NCBI GenBank assembly: GCA_964448725.1
Contig: CAYVAJ010000001.1
Location: 7,525 to 71,524 of the forward strand
DNA length: 64,000 bases
DNA from: an uncultured Gammaproteobacteria bacterium
GTDB taxonomy: Bacteria > Patescibacteriota > Microgenomatia > Levybacterales > GWA1-39-11
Direction: 5' to 3'
Below the pieces are notes generated by a model. That model was given only the letters and a program-made list of their open reading frames with translations. It was not told where the DNA came from and ran no database searches. Below, piece after piece: positions 39,392-50,280 of the stretch (within the stretch, counting starts at the first letter, position 1; each line of letters begins with the position of its first letter). The translations under genes were made by a program, and so were the position numbers.

Positions 39392-39979
39392 TTGTCTCTC
39401 TTCATGAATAGTATTCGTAATATCACTGTTTCGGGCAGAATTGCCTCTGGTACAACCACCCTTGCAAAAGGTCTTGCTGATGCATTGCAATGGGAGTTAT
39501 TTGAGGGAGGAGCGTTATTTGAAAAATACCACCAAGATCTTGGTGTACCAGAAACTCAGGCACATTTACGACCGGATGATATTGATCTTCAATTTGAAGA
39601 GATGATTAAAAAAATGCTTAAAGAACAATCGCATATTGTTATTCAAAGTCATCTCGCCGGATTTGATGCACAAGAAATACAAGGAGTATATAAAATTCTT
39701 GTTATTTGTGAAGATGAGACCGGTCAAGATCAGTCTGGAATCAGAATAGACAGACTCATAAACCGGAAAAACATTTCAGTAGAAGAAGCAAAACATGAAA
39801 TAAAAGAAAGAGAAAAGAAAAACCTTGAAAAATGGCGAAGACTTTATGCACACAATGATCCTGAATGGGTGTATTGGAAGAGAGAGTATTATGATCTCGT
39901 TATTAACACATATACTCTGAACAAACACCAAGCAATACAACAGGCACTGAAAGCAGTAACATCTCTTTTATCTTCGTAG
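39392..39979 (+). CDS. cytidylate-kinase-like P-loop NTPase (function uncertain)
   Basis: N-terminal ITVSGRIASGTTTLAK glycine-rich loop resembling CMP/AMP kinase family. 195 aa. Confidence 0.35.
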   Translation: MSLFMNSIRNITVSGRIASGTTTLAKGLADALQWELFEGGALFEKYHQDLGVPETQAHLRPDDIDLQFEEMIKKMLKEQSHIVIQSHLAGFDAQEIQGVYKILVICEDETGQDQSGIRIDRLINRKNISVEEAKHEIKEREKKNLEKWRRLYAHNDPEWVYWKREYYDLVINTYTLNKHQAIQQALKAVTSLLSS

Positions 39980-41044
39980 TACTTCATAAGCAGGAAGTTT
40001 CTTTCCTGATAATAGTTCGAGCATAGCCCCTCCTCCAGTTGAGATAAAGCTGAATTTATCAAGCATTTTGTTTTGGCGCAAATATGATACAGTATCTCCG
40101 CCTCCTACGACAGTATATGCAGGCGAATGAGCAAGTGCATGCGCAATAAGCCGAGTTCCTTGTTCGGTCAGAGGATTATGTCCTGTTTTTCCAACTGGAC
40201 CATTCCAAACAATTGTTTTTGCAGTATTTAAAACCTGAATAAAATTCTGGGCACTTTTCATCGTAATATCGAGTCCTGAGTCTATAAGATCAGCGACCAA
40301 TATTATGGATCTCTTACGAGTACTACGAGCATGCTGTACCTTCATTAGTTCTTTTGCATGGTCAGCAACTTCTCCTCCAACCAACACAAAATCTGCAACT
40401 GCATGCATCTTCTCAACCATTGGCAACTTTGTCTCAATCTTTGCTCCTCCAATAAGTACTGCCAAGGGACGATTTGGATTATTCATAACTTTCTCAAGTG
40501 TATGTATTTCTTTTGTAAAATGAATACCTGCGTATGAAGGAAGAATACGTGCCACACCTACTGTTGAGGCATGTTCACGATGGGCAACAGCAAATGCTTC
40601 ATTAACAAAAACATCTGCAAGATTTGCAAGTTGCTTTGAAAATTCCTTGTCATTTTGTTCTTCTTCATCAAAAAATCGAATGTTTTCGAGTAAAACAATT
40701 GACTTACCAATTTTCCATCCACCAAACGGTGATGAATGTTCCTGTAGAGGTTGGTGCAATATCTGAGAATACCATTTTGCAATTGGATGAAGTGACCATG
40801 ATCGATCTCTTCCTTCTGGTCTCCCAAGATGTCCAACAAGAATAATATTACATTTATTTTTTTGTAGTGTCCGTATGGATTCAATTGAAGAGAGAAGCCT
40901 GGTATCATCCAAAATCCTGCCTGCACGAATATCAACATCACTATCAATCCTCAATAATACTGTTTTGTTCTTTATCCTGGAAGATACAAGAGAAGAAAGG
41001 GCAGCCATACTCTTTTTATACACAATCCAATGTAACTTTGGCAA
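39968..41044 (-). CDS. pgk: phosphoglycerate kinase
   Basis: Two-domain PGK layout. C-terminal STGGGAMLELL ... and N-terminal RIDSDV substrate-binding region. 358 aa (short). Confidence 0.8.
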   Translation of the reverse strand: MPKLHWIVYKKSMAALSSLVSSRIKNKTVLLRIDSDVDIRAGRILDDTRLLSSIESIRTLQKNKCNIILVGHLGRPEGRDRSWSLHPIAKWYSQILHQPLQEHSSPFGGWKIGKSIVLLENIRFFDEEEQNDKEFSKQLANLADVFVNEAFAVAHREHASTVGVARILPSYAGIHFTKEIHTLEKVMNNPNRPLAVLIGGAKIETKLPMVEKMHAVADFVLVGGEVADHAKELMKVQHARSTRKRSIILVADLIDSGLDITMKSAQNFIQVLNTAKTIVWNGPVGKTGHNPLTEQGTRLIAHALAHSPAYTVVGGGDTVSYLRQNKMLDKFSFISTGGGAMLELLSGKKLPAYEVLRR

Positions 41045-43447
41045 TTATTGAGCAAAGGGTGAGATAGACGGTTGAAGAGGAGAAAATTGACAATTCACAC
41101 TCTGTTCTGTGCCTCTAACAAAGTATGTTTCTCGACCATAACAGTTACGAACCACTATTCCTGCAGGAGCCTCTATTCTTTCAGGTTCTGTGTCTTCTAA
41201 CAAAGCTGTCATAATACTGTTCCACATAGGAGCTGCTCCTGTAATTCCTGACGTTAGATTCGGACTCATTGGTGTATTATCATTATTTCCAACCCATGTC
41301 GCAACCACATATTGCTTTGTAAACCCAACAGTCCAGTTATCGCGTTTATTATCAGTTGTCCCTGTTTTTACAGAAACTTGATGACCTGGAATGTGTAAAG
41401 GAGAATCAGAACCAAAAGCAGCAGATCGAGCAGTATTATCAGCTAGAATATCTGCGATAATAAATGCATTTGCAGGATCAACGACTTGCCTTGGTTCTAT
41501 TTCTTTATGATATATCTTTTTACCATACGCATCAGTTACTTCGATGATTGGATTTATATTTACCCTTTGTCCATTGTTAGCAATTGTTCCAAATACAGTT
41601 GAGAGATCTGTCATTTTTGTTTCACCTCCACCAAGGGTAATTGATAGTCCGTATCTACTGGAGTCATTCCATGTAGTAATCCCCATCTTCTTCCCCATAG
41701 AGATAATATTGTTTACACCAAGCTTTTGTGCGACACGAACTGCTGGAATGTTATATGAATTTGCAAATGAATTTCTAAGAGTTTGCCTGCCATGATACGA
41801 TCCGTCATAATTTACTGGAGTATATGAAGGTCCTCCATCAGTGGATGCAATAGTGAGTGGGGAGTCCTCAAGCATAGTTGCTTCTGTATATCCACTCTCC
41901 AAAGCAAGCGTATAGGTTACAATTTTAATTGTTGATCCAGGTTGGCGGAGAGATGTGGCAATATTTACATTTCCATCATGCTCTGTGTCAAAATAATTGC
42001 GGCTTCCCACCATTGCAAGAACATCTCCATTGTTGGGATTAGTTACAAGTGCTGCACCATTTTGAACATTAAGGTAGGCATTCTCATCAACATGACGAAT
42101 AACTGCATTCTCAACTTCTTGCTGCATCTCATAATCCAAACTTGTCCGTACCTGTAGACCTCCGCGTTCAACTTCATTGATACCATACTGTTGTACAAGC
42201 AAATCTTTCACATACATGACGAAATGAGGGGCCTTAATTGGGACAGCAGGACTCATAAATACCAATTCTTGCTGAAATGCCTCATTTGCCTGTTTTTGAT
42301 TGATATATCCATCCCTGACCATTGCTGCCAATACTTCTTTCTGTCTATTTTTCCAGAGCTTGCCTTCACCAGAAAAAGGAGAATAAATGCTTGGGGCACG
42401 AGGTAGCCCAGCAAGAAACGCACTCTCTGCAAGAGACAGCTCTGATACTTTTTTCCCAAAATATATTTCACTTGCAGATTCAACGCCCCATGCAGTACCA
42501 CCGTATGGTACATAATTAAAGTACATTTCAAGTATTTGATCTTTGGTATATTTTTGTTCTGACCATAGCGCTAGCACGACTTCTTTTACTTTACGTTTAA
42601 TGGTTGGTTCAGGCGTAAGAAAAGCAGACTTAATAAGCTGCTGAGTAATAGTTGATCCTCCTTGTAAATAATCTGTGCTGATATTTGATACAAATGCACG
42701 AATAATTCCACGCAGATCAAATCCTGGGTGATCATAAAAATCCTTATCTTCAATCGCAATAGTTGCATGTTTTAATTCTTGAGGAATATCGCTTAACTGT
42801 ACTACTGTCCTGTTTTGATTTGCATAAATTTCGTATAGCAAAACATTATTCCTGTCGTAAATTTTGGTCGTTTTTGGAATATATGAAATTGAGAGATTTT
42901 CAGGATCAGGAAGTTCTGATACAAATATTATGAAAAGAAGCGGAACAAATAATAATAAAAATGACATCACAACACCAAGAAGAAAGAACTTTAATTTATA
43001 AAAAAAAGAAGGTTTATAAATATGCTTAGATATTCTTTTTTTTCGTTTCTTCTTTCTTTTCTGAGCAAGAATAGGGGAGATAGTTTTTCCTATTTTAGCA
43101 GCAATTGTAGATTTCAATTCATAGAATAAGTTCTCAACTCGTTGAAAGTTCTGAGCTGTTTTGCTTAACATCTTTTTTATAAATAAAAAAATGGTCTTAA
43201 TCGTACTGCCTACTATAAGTCCTACTTTTTGAAATGAAAAAGTAGAAGATAATGAACTGGATTTTTTACTTCGTCGTTTTTTTGATGTAGAGTTACGTGT
43301 TTTCTGAGAAAGAGGTTTTGTCTTTTCCCCAAAAGCGGATATGCGGGAAATAAGCATCACTATTTTTTGTCCAGCAATGATAAAAAGATCTCCAAGGGTA
43401 ATAACTGCTATCAAAAGCATTAATATAATCTGCCGTAACACTGCCAT
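41045..43447 (-). CDS. class A penicillin-binding protein, second paralog (PBP1A-like) with basic N-terminal extension
   Basis: EDKDFYDHPGFD, GGSTITQQLIKS (GT51). GSTIK (SxxK), SYN, KTGTTDN. 800 aa. Confidence 0.9.
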   Translation of the reverse strand: MAVLRQIILMLLIAVITLGDLFIIAGQKIVMLISRISAFGEKTKPLSQKTRNSTSKKRRSKKSSSLSSTFSFQKVGLIVGSTIKTIFLFIKKMLSKTAQNFQRVENLFYELKSTIAAKIGKTISPILAQKRKKKRKKRISKHIYKPSFFYKLKFFLLGVVMSFLLLFVPLLFIIFVSELPDPENLSISYIPKTTKIYDRNNVLLYEIYANQNRTVVQLSDIPQELKHATIAIEDKDFYDHPGFDLRGIIRAFVSNISTDYLQGGSTITQQLIKSAFLTPEPTIKRKVKEVVLALWSEQKYTKDQILEMYFNYVPYGGTAWGVESASEIYFGKKVSELSLAESAFLAGLPRAPSIYSPFSGEGKLWKNRQKEVLAAMVRDGYINQKQANEAFQQELVFMSPAVPIKAPHFVMYVKDLLVQQYGINEVERGGLQVRTSLDYEMQQEVENAVIRHVDENAYLNVQNGAALVTNPNNGDVLAMVGSRNYFDTEHDGNVNIATSLRQPGSTIKIVTYTLALESGYTEATMLEDSPLTIASTDGGPSYTPVNYDGSYHGRQTLRNSFANSYNIPAVRVAQKLGVNNIISMGKKMGITTWNDSSRYGLSITLGGGETKMTDLSTVFGTIANNGQRVNINPIIEVTDAYGKKIYHKEIEPRQVVDPANAFIIADILADNTARSAAFGSDSPLHIPGHQVSVKTGTTDNKRDNWTVGFTKQYVVATWVGNNDNTPMSPNLTSGITGAAPMWNSIMTALLEDTEPERIEAPAGIVVRNCYGRETYFVRGTEQSVNCQFSPLQPSISPFAQ

Positions 43448-43555
43448 AAAATCGTGATGGGATTTATGTCTGGATTATACACAATACAGGCTTAAATAGA
43501 AAGACATGAAACAACTTTGTTTTCATTTTTGAACTAAATTGCGTACAATAGATGT

Positions 43556-44533
43556 ATGCGCTTTCTTGTTGTAGGATCATCTGTTGTTGATATGTTCTCA
43601 GAACTCGACTCTCCTCAAAGCGCATCTATCAGCAATCAGACTATTACCTTTCATCTAGGAGACAAAGTACCTGTTGATATCAATCATCAAGCATTAGGAG
43701 GAAATGGAATGAATGTGTCGGTAGGATTAACCCGCTTAGGGCTTCCTGTGACATTCTATACCTATGTGGGATCAGACTCACTTTCAGCAAATATTGAACA
43801 AACTCTGCAAAATGAAGGGGTTGAGACAATTTTTGAGAGAGATTCTCTCACCAGCTCGCTCTCTTTTATTCTAAATGTTAATGATGACCGAATTATATTT
43901 TCCCATCACCCTATACGGAATCATGATTTTTCACCGCCAAAAGATTCAAACTTTGATTTTATTTTTCTTAGCTCTGTTGGCGCACACTGGGAGAACACCT
44001 ATAAAAAAGTCCTTGCCTATGCAACGCAAGCAGGAATACCTATTTTATTTTCGCCAGGATCAAAACAACTCGATACACCGATAGACATGTTTTTCTTAGC
44101 ACTCCATCAATCTGAAATGCTGCTTGTGAATACTGAAGAGGCGAGAGTTATTACTTCATATTTTGGGGAGACACATTCGAATATTGAATCATTGTGTAAT
44201 AGCTTAGTAAAACTCGGGCCAAAAACCCTATCATTAACTGATGGAGCGAATGGTGCATATGCCTATCACAAAAATCAACTATTTCATATACCTCCTTTCC
44301 CAAATCTCACCAAACCAGAAAAAACAGGAGCAGGTGATGCGTATGCTTCAGGATTTTTAGCGGGATATATGCATACAAAAGATATAACTGAGGCTATGCG
44401 GTGGGGGAGTGCAAATGCATATATGGCAATGCAAGAGGTGGGTGCGCAGAATGGATTGGCTACACAAGAAAAACTATTGAATACTTTGCAAAAACATGAT
44501 ACCTTTAAAGCATCGCTTGTAGAACACTCATAA
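43556..44533 (+). CDS. PfkB-family carbohydrate kinase (ribokinase/fructokinase-like)
   Basis: C-terminal GAGDAYASGFLAG PfkB signature 2. 325 aa. Confidence 0.85.
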   Translation: MRFLVVGSSVVDMFSELDSPQSASISNQTITFHLGDKVPVDINHQALGGNGMNVSVGLTRLGLPVTFYTYVGSDSLSANIEQTLQNEGVETIFERDSLTSSLSFILNVNDDRIIFSHHPIRNHDFSPPKDSNFDFIFLSSVGAHWENTYKKVLAYATQAGIPILFSPGSKQLDTPIDMFFLALHQSEMLLVNTEEARVITSYFGETHSNIESLCNSLVKLGPKTLSLTDGANGAYAYHKNQLFHIPPFPNLTKPEKTGAGDAYASGFLAGYMHTKDITEAMRWGSANAYMAMQEVGAQNGLATQEKLLNTLQKHDTFKASLVEHS

Positions 44534-44534
44534 T

Positions 44535-45401
44535 ATGACTCTTTCAGAACTCCATCAAAAAGCAAAACAAGAACACTGGGCAGTTCCTCATTTTAATTTT
44601 TCAACTCTCTCACAATTACAAGGTATTTTAGAAGGTGCAAAAGAAATGCGCGCACCTGTAGTTGTTGGGACATCTGAAGGGGAACGAGAATTTATTGGTC
44701 TTACTCAAGCAGTATATCTTGTAAGAAGCTATCGTGAAACATATGATATTCCAATTTTTCTCAACGCAGACCATTCCCGTAGCTTTGAAACAGCAAAAGC
44801 AGCGTGTGATGCAGGATATGACTCCGTACACCTTGATGTTTCTAAAAAATCATTTGAGGAAAATATAGAAGAGACAAAACGAGTTGTTGATTATGTAAAA
44901 AGTACACGTCCTGAAGTAGAAGTAGAAGGAGAGTTGGGGTATCTTGCTACTGAATCATCTAAGATATATAAAGAAGCCATAGAAATTCCTGAGGACAGTT
45001 ATACTAAAATTGATGAAGCTGTCAGATATGTGCAAGAGACTAAGATCGACCGATTTGCACCAGCAATAGGAAATCTACACGGAATTGCCGCCAATAATCC
45101 TAAAATTCAATTTGATCTTATTAAAAGTCTTACTGATGCACTTCCTAAAAACCTCACTTTTGTTTTGCATGGAGGATCAGGAATTACCGATGAAGATATG
45201 AAAAAAATAGTAGAACTTGGATTTAATAATGTTCATATCTCAACTGAAATTAGAGCAGCATATACTGATGGCCTTCGCACGTACCTTGATGCAAATCCTG
45301 AGGAAATCTCTCCTGCTAAATATCTTGAGCCTGCCAAAAATGCAGTCATTCCCCTCGTAAAAGAAAAATTGGCAGTGTATAACACCGTAAACGTCATATA
45401 A
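44535..45401 (+). CDS. fba: fructose-bisphosphate aldolase, class II
   Basis: WAVPHFNF, LNADHS, LHGGSG zinc-aldolase motifs. 288 aa. Confidence 0.9.
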   Translation: MTLSELHQKAKQEHWAVPHFNFSTLSQLQGILEGAKEMRAPVVVGTSEGEREFIGLTQAVYLVRSYRETYDIPIFLNADHSRSFETAKAACDAGYDSVHLDVSKKSFEENIEETKRVVDYVKSTRPEVEVEGELGYLATESSKIYKEAIEIPEDSYTKIDEAVRYVQETKIDRFAPAIGNLHGIAANNPKIQFDLIKSLTDALPKNLTFVLHGGSGITDEDMKKIVELGFNNVHISTEIRAAYTDGLRTYLDANPEEISPAKYLEPAKNAVIPLVKEKLAVYNTVNVI

Positions 45402-45405
45402 TTGT

Positions 45406-45864
45406 ATGAAGATAGTATTAGGCGCAGACCATCGTGGATTTACACTCAAACAAGAGATCAAACAATATTTGCTTGAACATAATTACACCCTAGAAGATGT
45501 TGGAGACCTGAATCCCGATACCCCTGAAGATTATCCTGACATTGCAGTTGCTGCTTCAAAAGAAATGTTGAAACATCCAGAAAATATAGGTGTTGTTATC
45601 TGCGGATCTGGCGCAGGAATATCAATTGCTGCCAATAAGATTAGAGGTATTCGCTGTGGATTTGGTCTTAATCCTGAACAGGTACAAGCAGCACGTAAAG
45701 ATGATGATATTAACATGCTAGCACTTGCATCAGATTACACGTTAAAAGATGAGGCAATTGCTATGGTAGAGTCATTGATTAAAACTCCTTTTATTCCAAA
45801 CGAAAGATACACGAGAAGATTAGAAAAAATTACAGCTCTAGAACAAAAATCTCATGCATCCTAG
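45406..45864 (+). CDS. rpiB: ribose-5-phosphate isomerase B
   Basis: MKIVLGADHRGF ... VICGSGAGISIAANK (RpiB/LacAB fold, catalytic Cys). Confidence 0.9.
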   Translation: MKIVLGADHRGFTLKQEIKQYLLEHNYTLEDVGDLNPDTPEDYPDIAVAASKEMLKHPENIGVVICGSGAGISIAANKIRGIRCGFGLNPEQVQAARKDDDINMLALASDYTLKDEAIAMVESLIKTPFIPNERYTRRLEKITALEQKSHAS

Positions 45865-46498
45865 TACAATTCAAATTATTCCAGGAGTTTTGGAACAAGA
45901 ATGGAATAATATAGAACAAAAACTCCAAACAATAAAGGGTTTTTCCCCCTCAGTTCACGTTGATATTATTGACGGTATATTTGTTGACAATCAGACATTT
46001 TTAGATCCCACACCCTTCTTGTCATATTCACAAGAGCTTTTTCTTGAGCTTCATATGATGGTACAAGACCCAATTACCTACATTGAACCATTCGCTCATG
46101 CCGGATTTAAGCGCTTCATAGGACAGATTGAGATGATGCCTGATCAACAAGCATTTATCGATATGGCAAAAAAATATGGTGAAGCAGGTCTTGCTATAGA
46201 TGGTCCCACCTCTCTTGAAAAAATCACCGTACCACTTGATTCACCTGACTGCTTTCTTGTGTATACTTCAGAGAAAGTGGGCTTCTCAGGCCCTCCTCTT
46301 CTTGATCAACGGCTTGAAAAAGTAACGCAGCTAAGAGCACAGACTAGTTCGATTATTGAAGTTGATGGCGGAATAACTGATAAAACACTCCCAAAAGCAA
46401 TAAAAGCAGGCGCGAATCGAGCTATCGCAACCAGTTTCATTTTCTCAAATTCTAATCCAGAGAAGAATTATAAAACTCTCACAGCTTTAGGAGAATAG
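45854..46498 (+). CDS. rpe: ribulose-phosphate 3-epimerase
   Basis: HVDIIDG, LHMMV, VDGGI motifs of RPE TIM barrel. 214 aa. Confidence 0.85.
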   Translation: MHPSTIQIIPGVLEQEWNNIEQKLQTIKGFSPSVHVDIIDGIFVDNQTFLDPTPFLSYSQELFLELHMMVQDPITYIEPFAHAGFKRFIGQIEMMPDQQAFIDMAKKYGEAGLAIDGPTSLEKITVPLDSPDCFLVYTSEKVGFSGPPLLDQRLEKVTQLRAQTSSIIEVDGGITDKTLPKAIKAGANRAIATSFIFSNSNPEKNYKTLTALGE

Positions 46499-48826
46499 TG
46501 CTCTCGTAAGAGGAAATATCATCAAGAGAACCTGTAAGAAAAGTGATATTCCTACAGAAATAATTAATAAGCGATTCCACGGGCGTATACCACCTCTCAC
46601 AATAAATACAATAATCATCTCGCACACAACAAAAACATTAAATACCACTAAACGAGCAGTAGACTCTGAGAATTGAGTTAGAAGTGCCGCAAATAACGCA
46701 ACAACACCAATAGAAAGAGGTACAGAGATTTTTATGATTTTCATAAGACGTGCTTTATTTAAAATATGTTCAGAAATATCCCGCGGTTTTTGTGATAATA
46801 ATTTTCCTCGTTTTGTATCTGTAGCAACGGCAAGTGCAGGGAATCCGTCTGAGACAAGATTAATCCACAGTATCTGTGTTGCAGTAAGCGGAATAGGGAG
46901 TCCGAGCAAAATACCGATAAATACCGCCAAAAACTCTGCTGCATTTGATGCAAGCAAATATACGACAACATGTGTAATATTGCCAAATATATTTCGTCCT
47001 TCCTCAACTGCCCGAATTACTGTTGCAAGATTATCATCGGTAATAACCAGATCTGCTGCCTCTTTTGCTACTTCAGTTCCTTCTCTTCCCATTGCAACAC
47101 CAATATTTGCCTCAGTTAATGCAAGTGAATCATTCACTCCATCACCAGTTACGGCAACAACATATCCAGCTGATTTATATAATCGCACTAATCTTAGCTT
47201 GTCCTCAGGCCTCATACGAGCAAAAACACGAATCCGGGGAAGTAACTTGAGCAGCTCCTCATCTGATAAATGGCTTATTTCCTCTGTCGTTACAGCTAGA
47301 TCTTTTTCCTCAATCATGCCTATTTCTGTAGCAATTGCAGACGCAGTAATTGGATTGTCTCCAGTTACCATAACCACACGAATACCAGCAATTTTTGCTT
47401 TTCTAAGCGCCTCAGCAGCTTCTATTCGCGGGGCATCATAAATTCCAACCAAACCAATAAATTCTGGATCTTTTTCACCAACGGCTTGTGCAAATCCAAT
47501 AACTCGAAGACCTTCCTTTGCCAGAGACTCCATTTTTGCTTCAATTTTAGCGTTTTGAGCGGACTTCGTAATAGCAAGAATACTTTCAGGTGCTCCTCGA
47601 TAAAACGTGTGTTTTTTACCCTTTATGTCTTCCCATACTGTCTCTATTATTTTTGTGCGTGAATCAAATGGTTTTTCTGCAATTATTTTTCCTTCTGACC
47701 GATACTCACTTAATGAAGGTACCTGAGAATGTGCATACAGTATCAATGCTCCATCTGTCTTGTCTCCTAATACCTCAAATTCTTCCCCATTTTTTTCTAG
47801 CGCTAGCTTGGCACTATTTCCCACTACACAAGCGCGCACCAAAGCAGGCTGGGACTTATCCTGCAGAACCCATTCTTTTTTCACCCTCATTTTATTTTGA
47901 GTTAACGTACCGGTTTTATCACTTAAAATAATTGATGTTGCTCCTAATGTCTCAACTGAAGCCATCTTTCGTACTATTGTTTTTTGCTGAATCATACGAT
48001 ACGATCCAACAGCAAGAGCAATGGTCACCACCAGAGGTAATCCTTCGGGAATAATCGCAACTGCAAGACTCACTGTTGTTAACACAAGTTCGCGAAAATC
48101 CCTTCCTTGTAATAGGCCGATCGGAAGCAAGAGAAGTGAGATAGTCACCGCAGCAATTCCAAGCTTACGGCCAAGAAGTGAGAGATTATCCGCAAGAGGT
48201 GTTCGCGGTTTTTGCAGTTTTAACATTTGCTCAGCAATCTGTCCAAGTCGCGTATCTTGTCCAGTGGCACCGACTAACATCTTGCCTTGTCCGCGTAATA
48301 TAAATGTGCCTGCCATAAGAAAATCACGTGATTTTTTCTCAACTGGAAGAGACTCACCAGTAAAAATAGATTCATCCACCTCCATTGTTCCTCGGGCAAC
48401 CAACTCTCCATCCGCGGGAATTTTATCGCCTTCCCGAAGTATCACGATATCACCTGGAACAAGCTGAGCAACAGACAAAAGAACTTCTTTCCCATCACGC
48501 ATAACAGATATTTCAGGAATCACTAATTCTTTGAGTTTCTCAAGTGTTTTTTCGGCCCTATATTCTTGAAAGAACCCAAACATTCCATTAATCAGCAATA
48601 CCAATCCAATAAAAAACGCATCTACACGCTCTCCAATAATAAATGAGAAAAGAGCGGCAAATGCCAAAATCGCAGTAAATACCGTAAGGTATTGAGTGGC
48701 AAGCAACTTAATAAGTGAGAATGAATGTTCCTGCGCAATAACATTCTGGCCATACTCAGCCAATTTTTTCTTAGCTTGTTGCGTTGTGAGACCAGTAAGT
48801 GAGATTGTTCGTTTAATATCCATCAA
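46487..48826 (-). CDS. P-type cation-transporting ATPase (type II, Ca2+/Mg2+-like)
   Basis: DKTGTLT phosphorylation site, TGES actuator motif, VTGDGVNDSLAL hinge. 10 TM layout. 779 aa. Confidence 0.9.
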   Translation of the reverse strand: MMDIKRTISLTGLTTQQAKKKLAEYGQNVIAQEHSFSLIKLLATQYLTVFTAILAFAALFSFIIGERVDAFFIGLVLLINGMFGFFQEYRAEKTLEKLKELVIPEISVMRDGKEVLLSVAQLVPGDIVILREGDKIPADGELVARGTMEVDESIFTGESLPVEKKSRDFLMAGTFILRGQGKMLVGATGQDTRLGQIAEQMLKLQKPRTPLADNLSLLGRKLGIAAVTISLLLLPIGLLQGRDFRELVLTTVSLAVAIIPEGLPLVVTIALAVGSYRMIQQKTIVRKMASVETLGATSIILSDKTGTLTQNKMRVKKEWVLQDKSQPALVRACVVGNSAKLALEKNGEEFEVLGDKTDGALILYAHSQVPSLSEYRSEGKIIAEKPFDSRTKIIETVWEDIKGKKHTFYRGAPESILAITKSAQNAKIEAKMESLAKEGLRVIGFAQAVGEKDPEFIGLVGIYDAPRIEAAEALRKAKIAGIRVVMVTGDNPITASAIATEIGMIEEKDLAVTTEEISHLSDEELLKLLPRIRVFARMRPEDKLRLVRLYKSAGYVVAVTGDGVNDSLALTEANIGVAMGREGTEVAKEAADLVITDDNLATVIRAVEEGRNIFGNITHVVVYLLASNAAEFLAVFIGILLGLPIPLTATQILWINLVSDGFPALAVATDTKRGKLLSQKPRDISEHILNKARLMKIIKISVPLSIGVVALFAALLTQFSESTARLVVFNVFVVCEMIIVFIVRGGIRPWNRLLIISVGISLFLQVLLMIFPLTRALFS

Positions 48827-50280
48827 TTCGTAATACGGAATTTTTCAATCAAATCCTGATTGTCAGGTATGTTTTTAAGGAGTATGACAATACGTTCATC
48901 GATATATACCGGAACCCATTGACTATCCTGCATAATAGTCTGCAAAAATGCTTGTGCCCATGGCGTAATATCTGTATGGGCAAAAAAGACCGTATTAATA
49001 TCATACCGTATTACTTGCTGTTTGAAAAATGCAAAATCAGTCTGCATTCGTTTATATTCATCAAAAAAAGAGGCTGGATAGGCTTCTGGTCTTCCATCAA
49101 CAAAAACTTTTTCCTCTGGATACAGTCGGTAAATGAGATAGCTTCCAATATCAAAATTATTAAATATACGTCCAGAAAGCTTATTCTCCTTAAAGAAATC
49201 CACAGCTTTTTCTGCACCAGAGATATAATACAAACCAAAATAAGGAGATTGGATATGATGGAAACTGTGTACAAAAGAAAAAATGATGAAAATACTTGCT
49301 GTAATACCCACAATCTGATTTCGGATCTGGGGGGAAATTTTTTCTAAAAGAATAGACACACTCTGAGCAAGACCAGGTAAAACAATTAACACAAAAAGAG
49401 GGAAATTACGAATCATCATAAATCCAGCAACAACGGCAAAGCTCATACTTAATGAAAAAAAATAGTTTTTTCTTTTTAACTGGATTACGATACCCACCAA
49501 TACAACTAATGCTAGTAACTCAAATACCAACACTCGAGGATTGAAGAAAAAAGAGTTTAAGAAAAAAATATTCTGATTTTCGACAATTGAATATCCATAA
49601 TTACCAAATACACGTAGTGGGTAAATGGCTCCTTCAATACCATTAGGATTAATCATTGTTACTGCATATGCTGTACAAAAAAGCAAAATAAATTTTGAAT
49701 TAAGTTTTTTACGTAAAACTAGATCAACTGCTAAGAAAGCAAGAAGCAACAATCCCACAAAAAAATATATATGGGAGTTTACCCACAACAACTGTATTAG
49801 TACCACTGGAGATAAATAGAGCAGTTTTCCTGTTTTTCGATAAACAGAAAGTAGAAAAAGCATCAATGAAACAAATACAAAACTGAAAATTTCAGGCCGA
49901 GCATCAAACCTTTCTGAAAAAATAAATATAAATGGAATGGAGAGAATACTTGCAATCCACAAGGAGCTCTTTTTTACTGCGAGGTATAACACCAGAATAA
50001 ATGAAGCACTTATGAGAAAAATTTTAATCCACAACAACGCCGTAAGATTTATATAGTGTGCAATAAGGTAAAAGACCACTTCCGGAATCCAATGATGATT
50101 GATAAATGGGAAATTAGGTGCTGTGTAAGAGAACAAATTTATTTTAGGAACACATACACAATCTAAGATGATCTGCCCAAGGAGTAGATGTCTTCCTAAA
50201 TCCTGAGTAAATGCTTTCTCAACCTGGAGAAGCAGCATAAACAAATATAAAATTGGTAGCAACACTAAAAAATTTTTCAT
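48823..50280 (-). CDS. polytopic membrane protein, GT-C-like (ArnT/PMT-family glycosyltransferase-like?)
   Basis: About 11 N-terminal TM helices plus a C-terminal soluble ~120-aa domain. Tentative family. Confidence 0.3.
   Translation of the reverse strand: MKNFLVLLPILYLFMLLLQVEKAFTQDLGRHLLLGQIILDCVCVPKINLFSYTAPNFPFINHHWIPEVVFYLIAHYINLTALLWIKIFLISASFILVLYLAVKKSSLWIASILSIPFIFIFSERFDARPEIFSFVFVSLMLFLLSVYRKTGKLLYLSPVVLIQLLWVNSHIYFFVGLLLLAFLAVDLVLRKKLNSKFILLFCTAYAVTMINPNGIEGAIYPLRVFGNYGYSIVENQNIFFLNSFFFNPRVLVFELLALVVLVGIVIQLKRKNYFFSLSMSFAVVAGFMMIRNFPLFVLIVLPGLAQSVSILLEKISPQIRNQIVGITASIFIIFSFVHSFHHIQSPYFGLYYISGAEKAVDFFKENKLSGRIFNNFDIGSYLIYRLYPEEKVFVDGRPEAYPASFFDEYKRMQTDFAFFKQQVIRYDINTVFFAHTDITPWAQAFLQTIMQDSQWVPVYIDERIVILLKNIPDNQDLIEKFRITN

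Noticed and set aside
46734-47441. 235-aa plus-strand ORF (and similar antisense ORFs inside rpoD, ftsH, valS, PBPs)
   Set aside because: Entirely embedded antisense within strongly supported genes. Low-complexity Ser/Ala composition typical of antisense frames.
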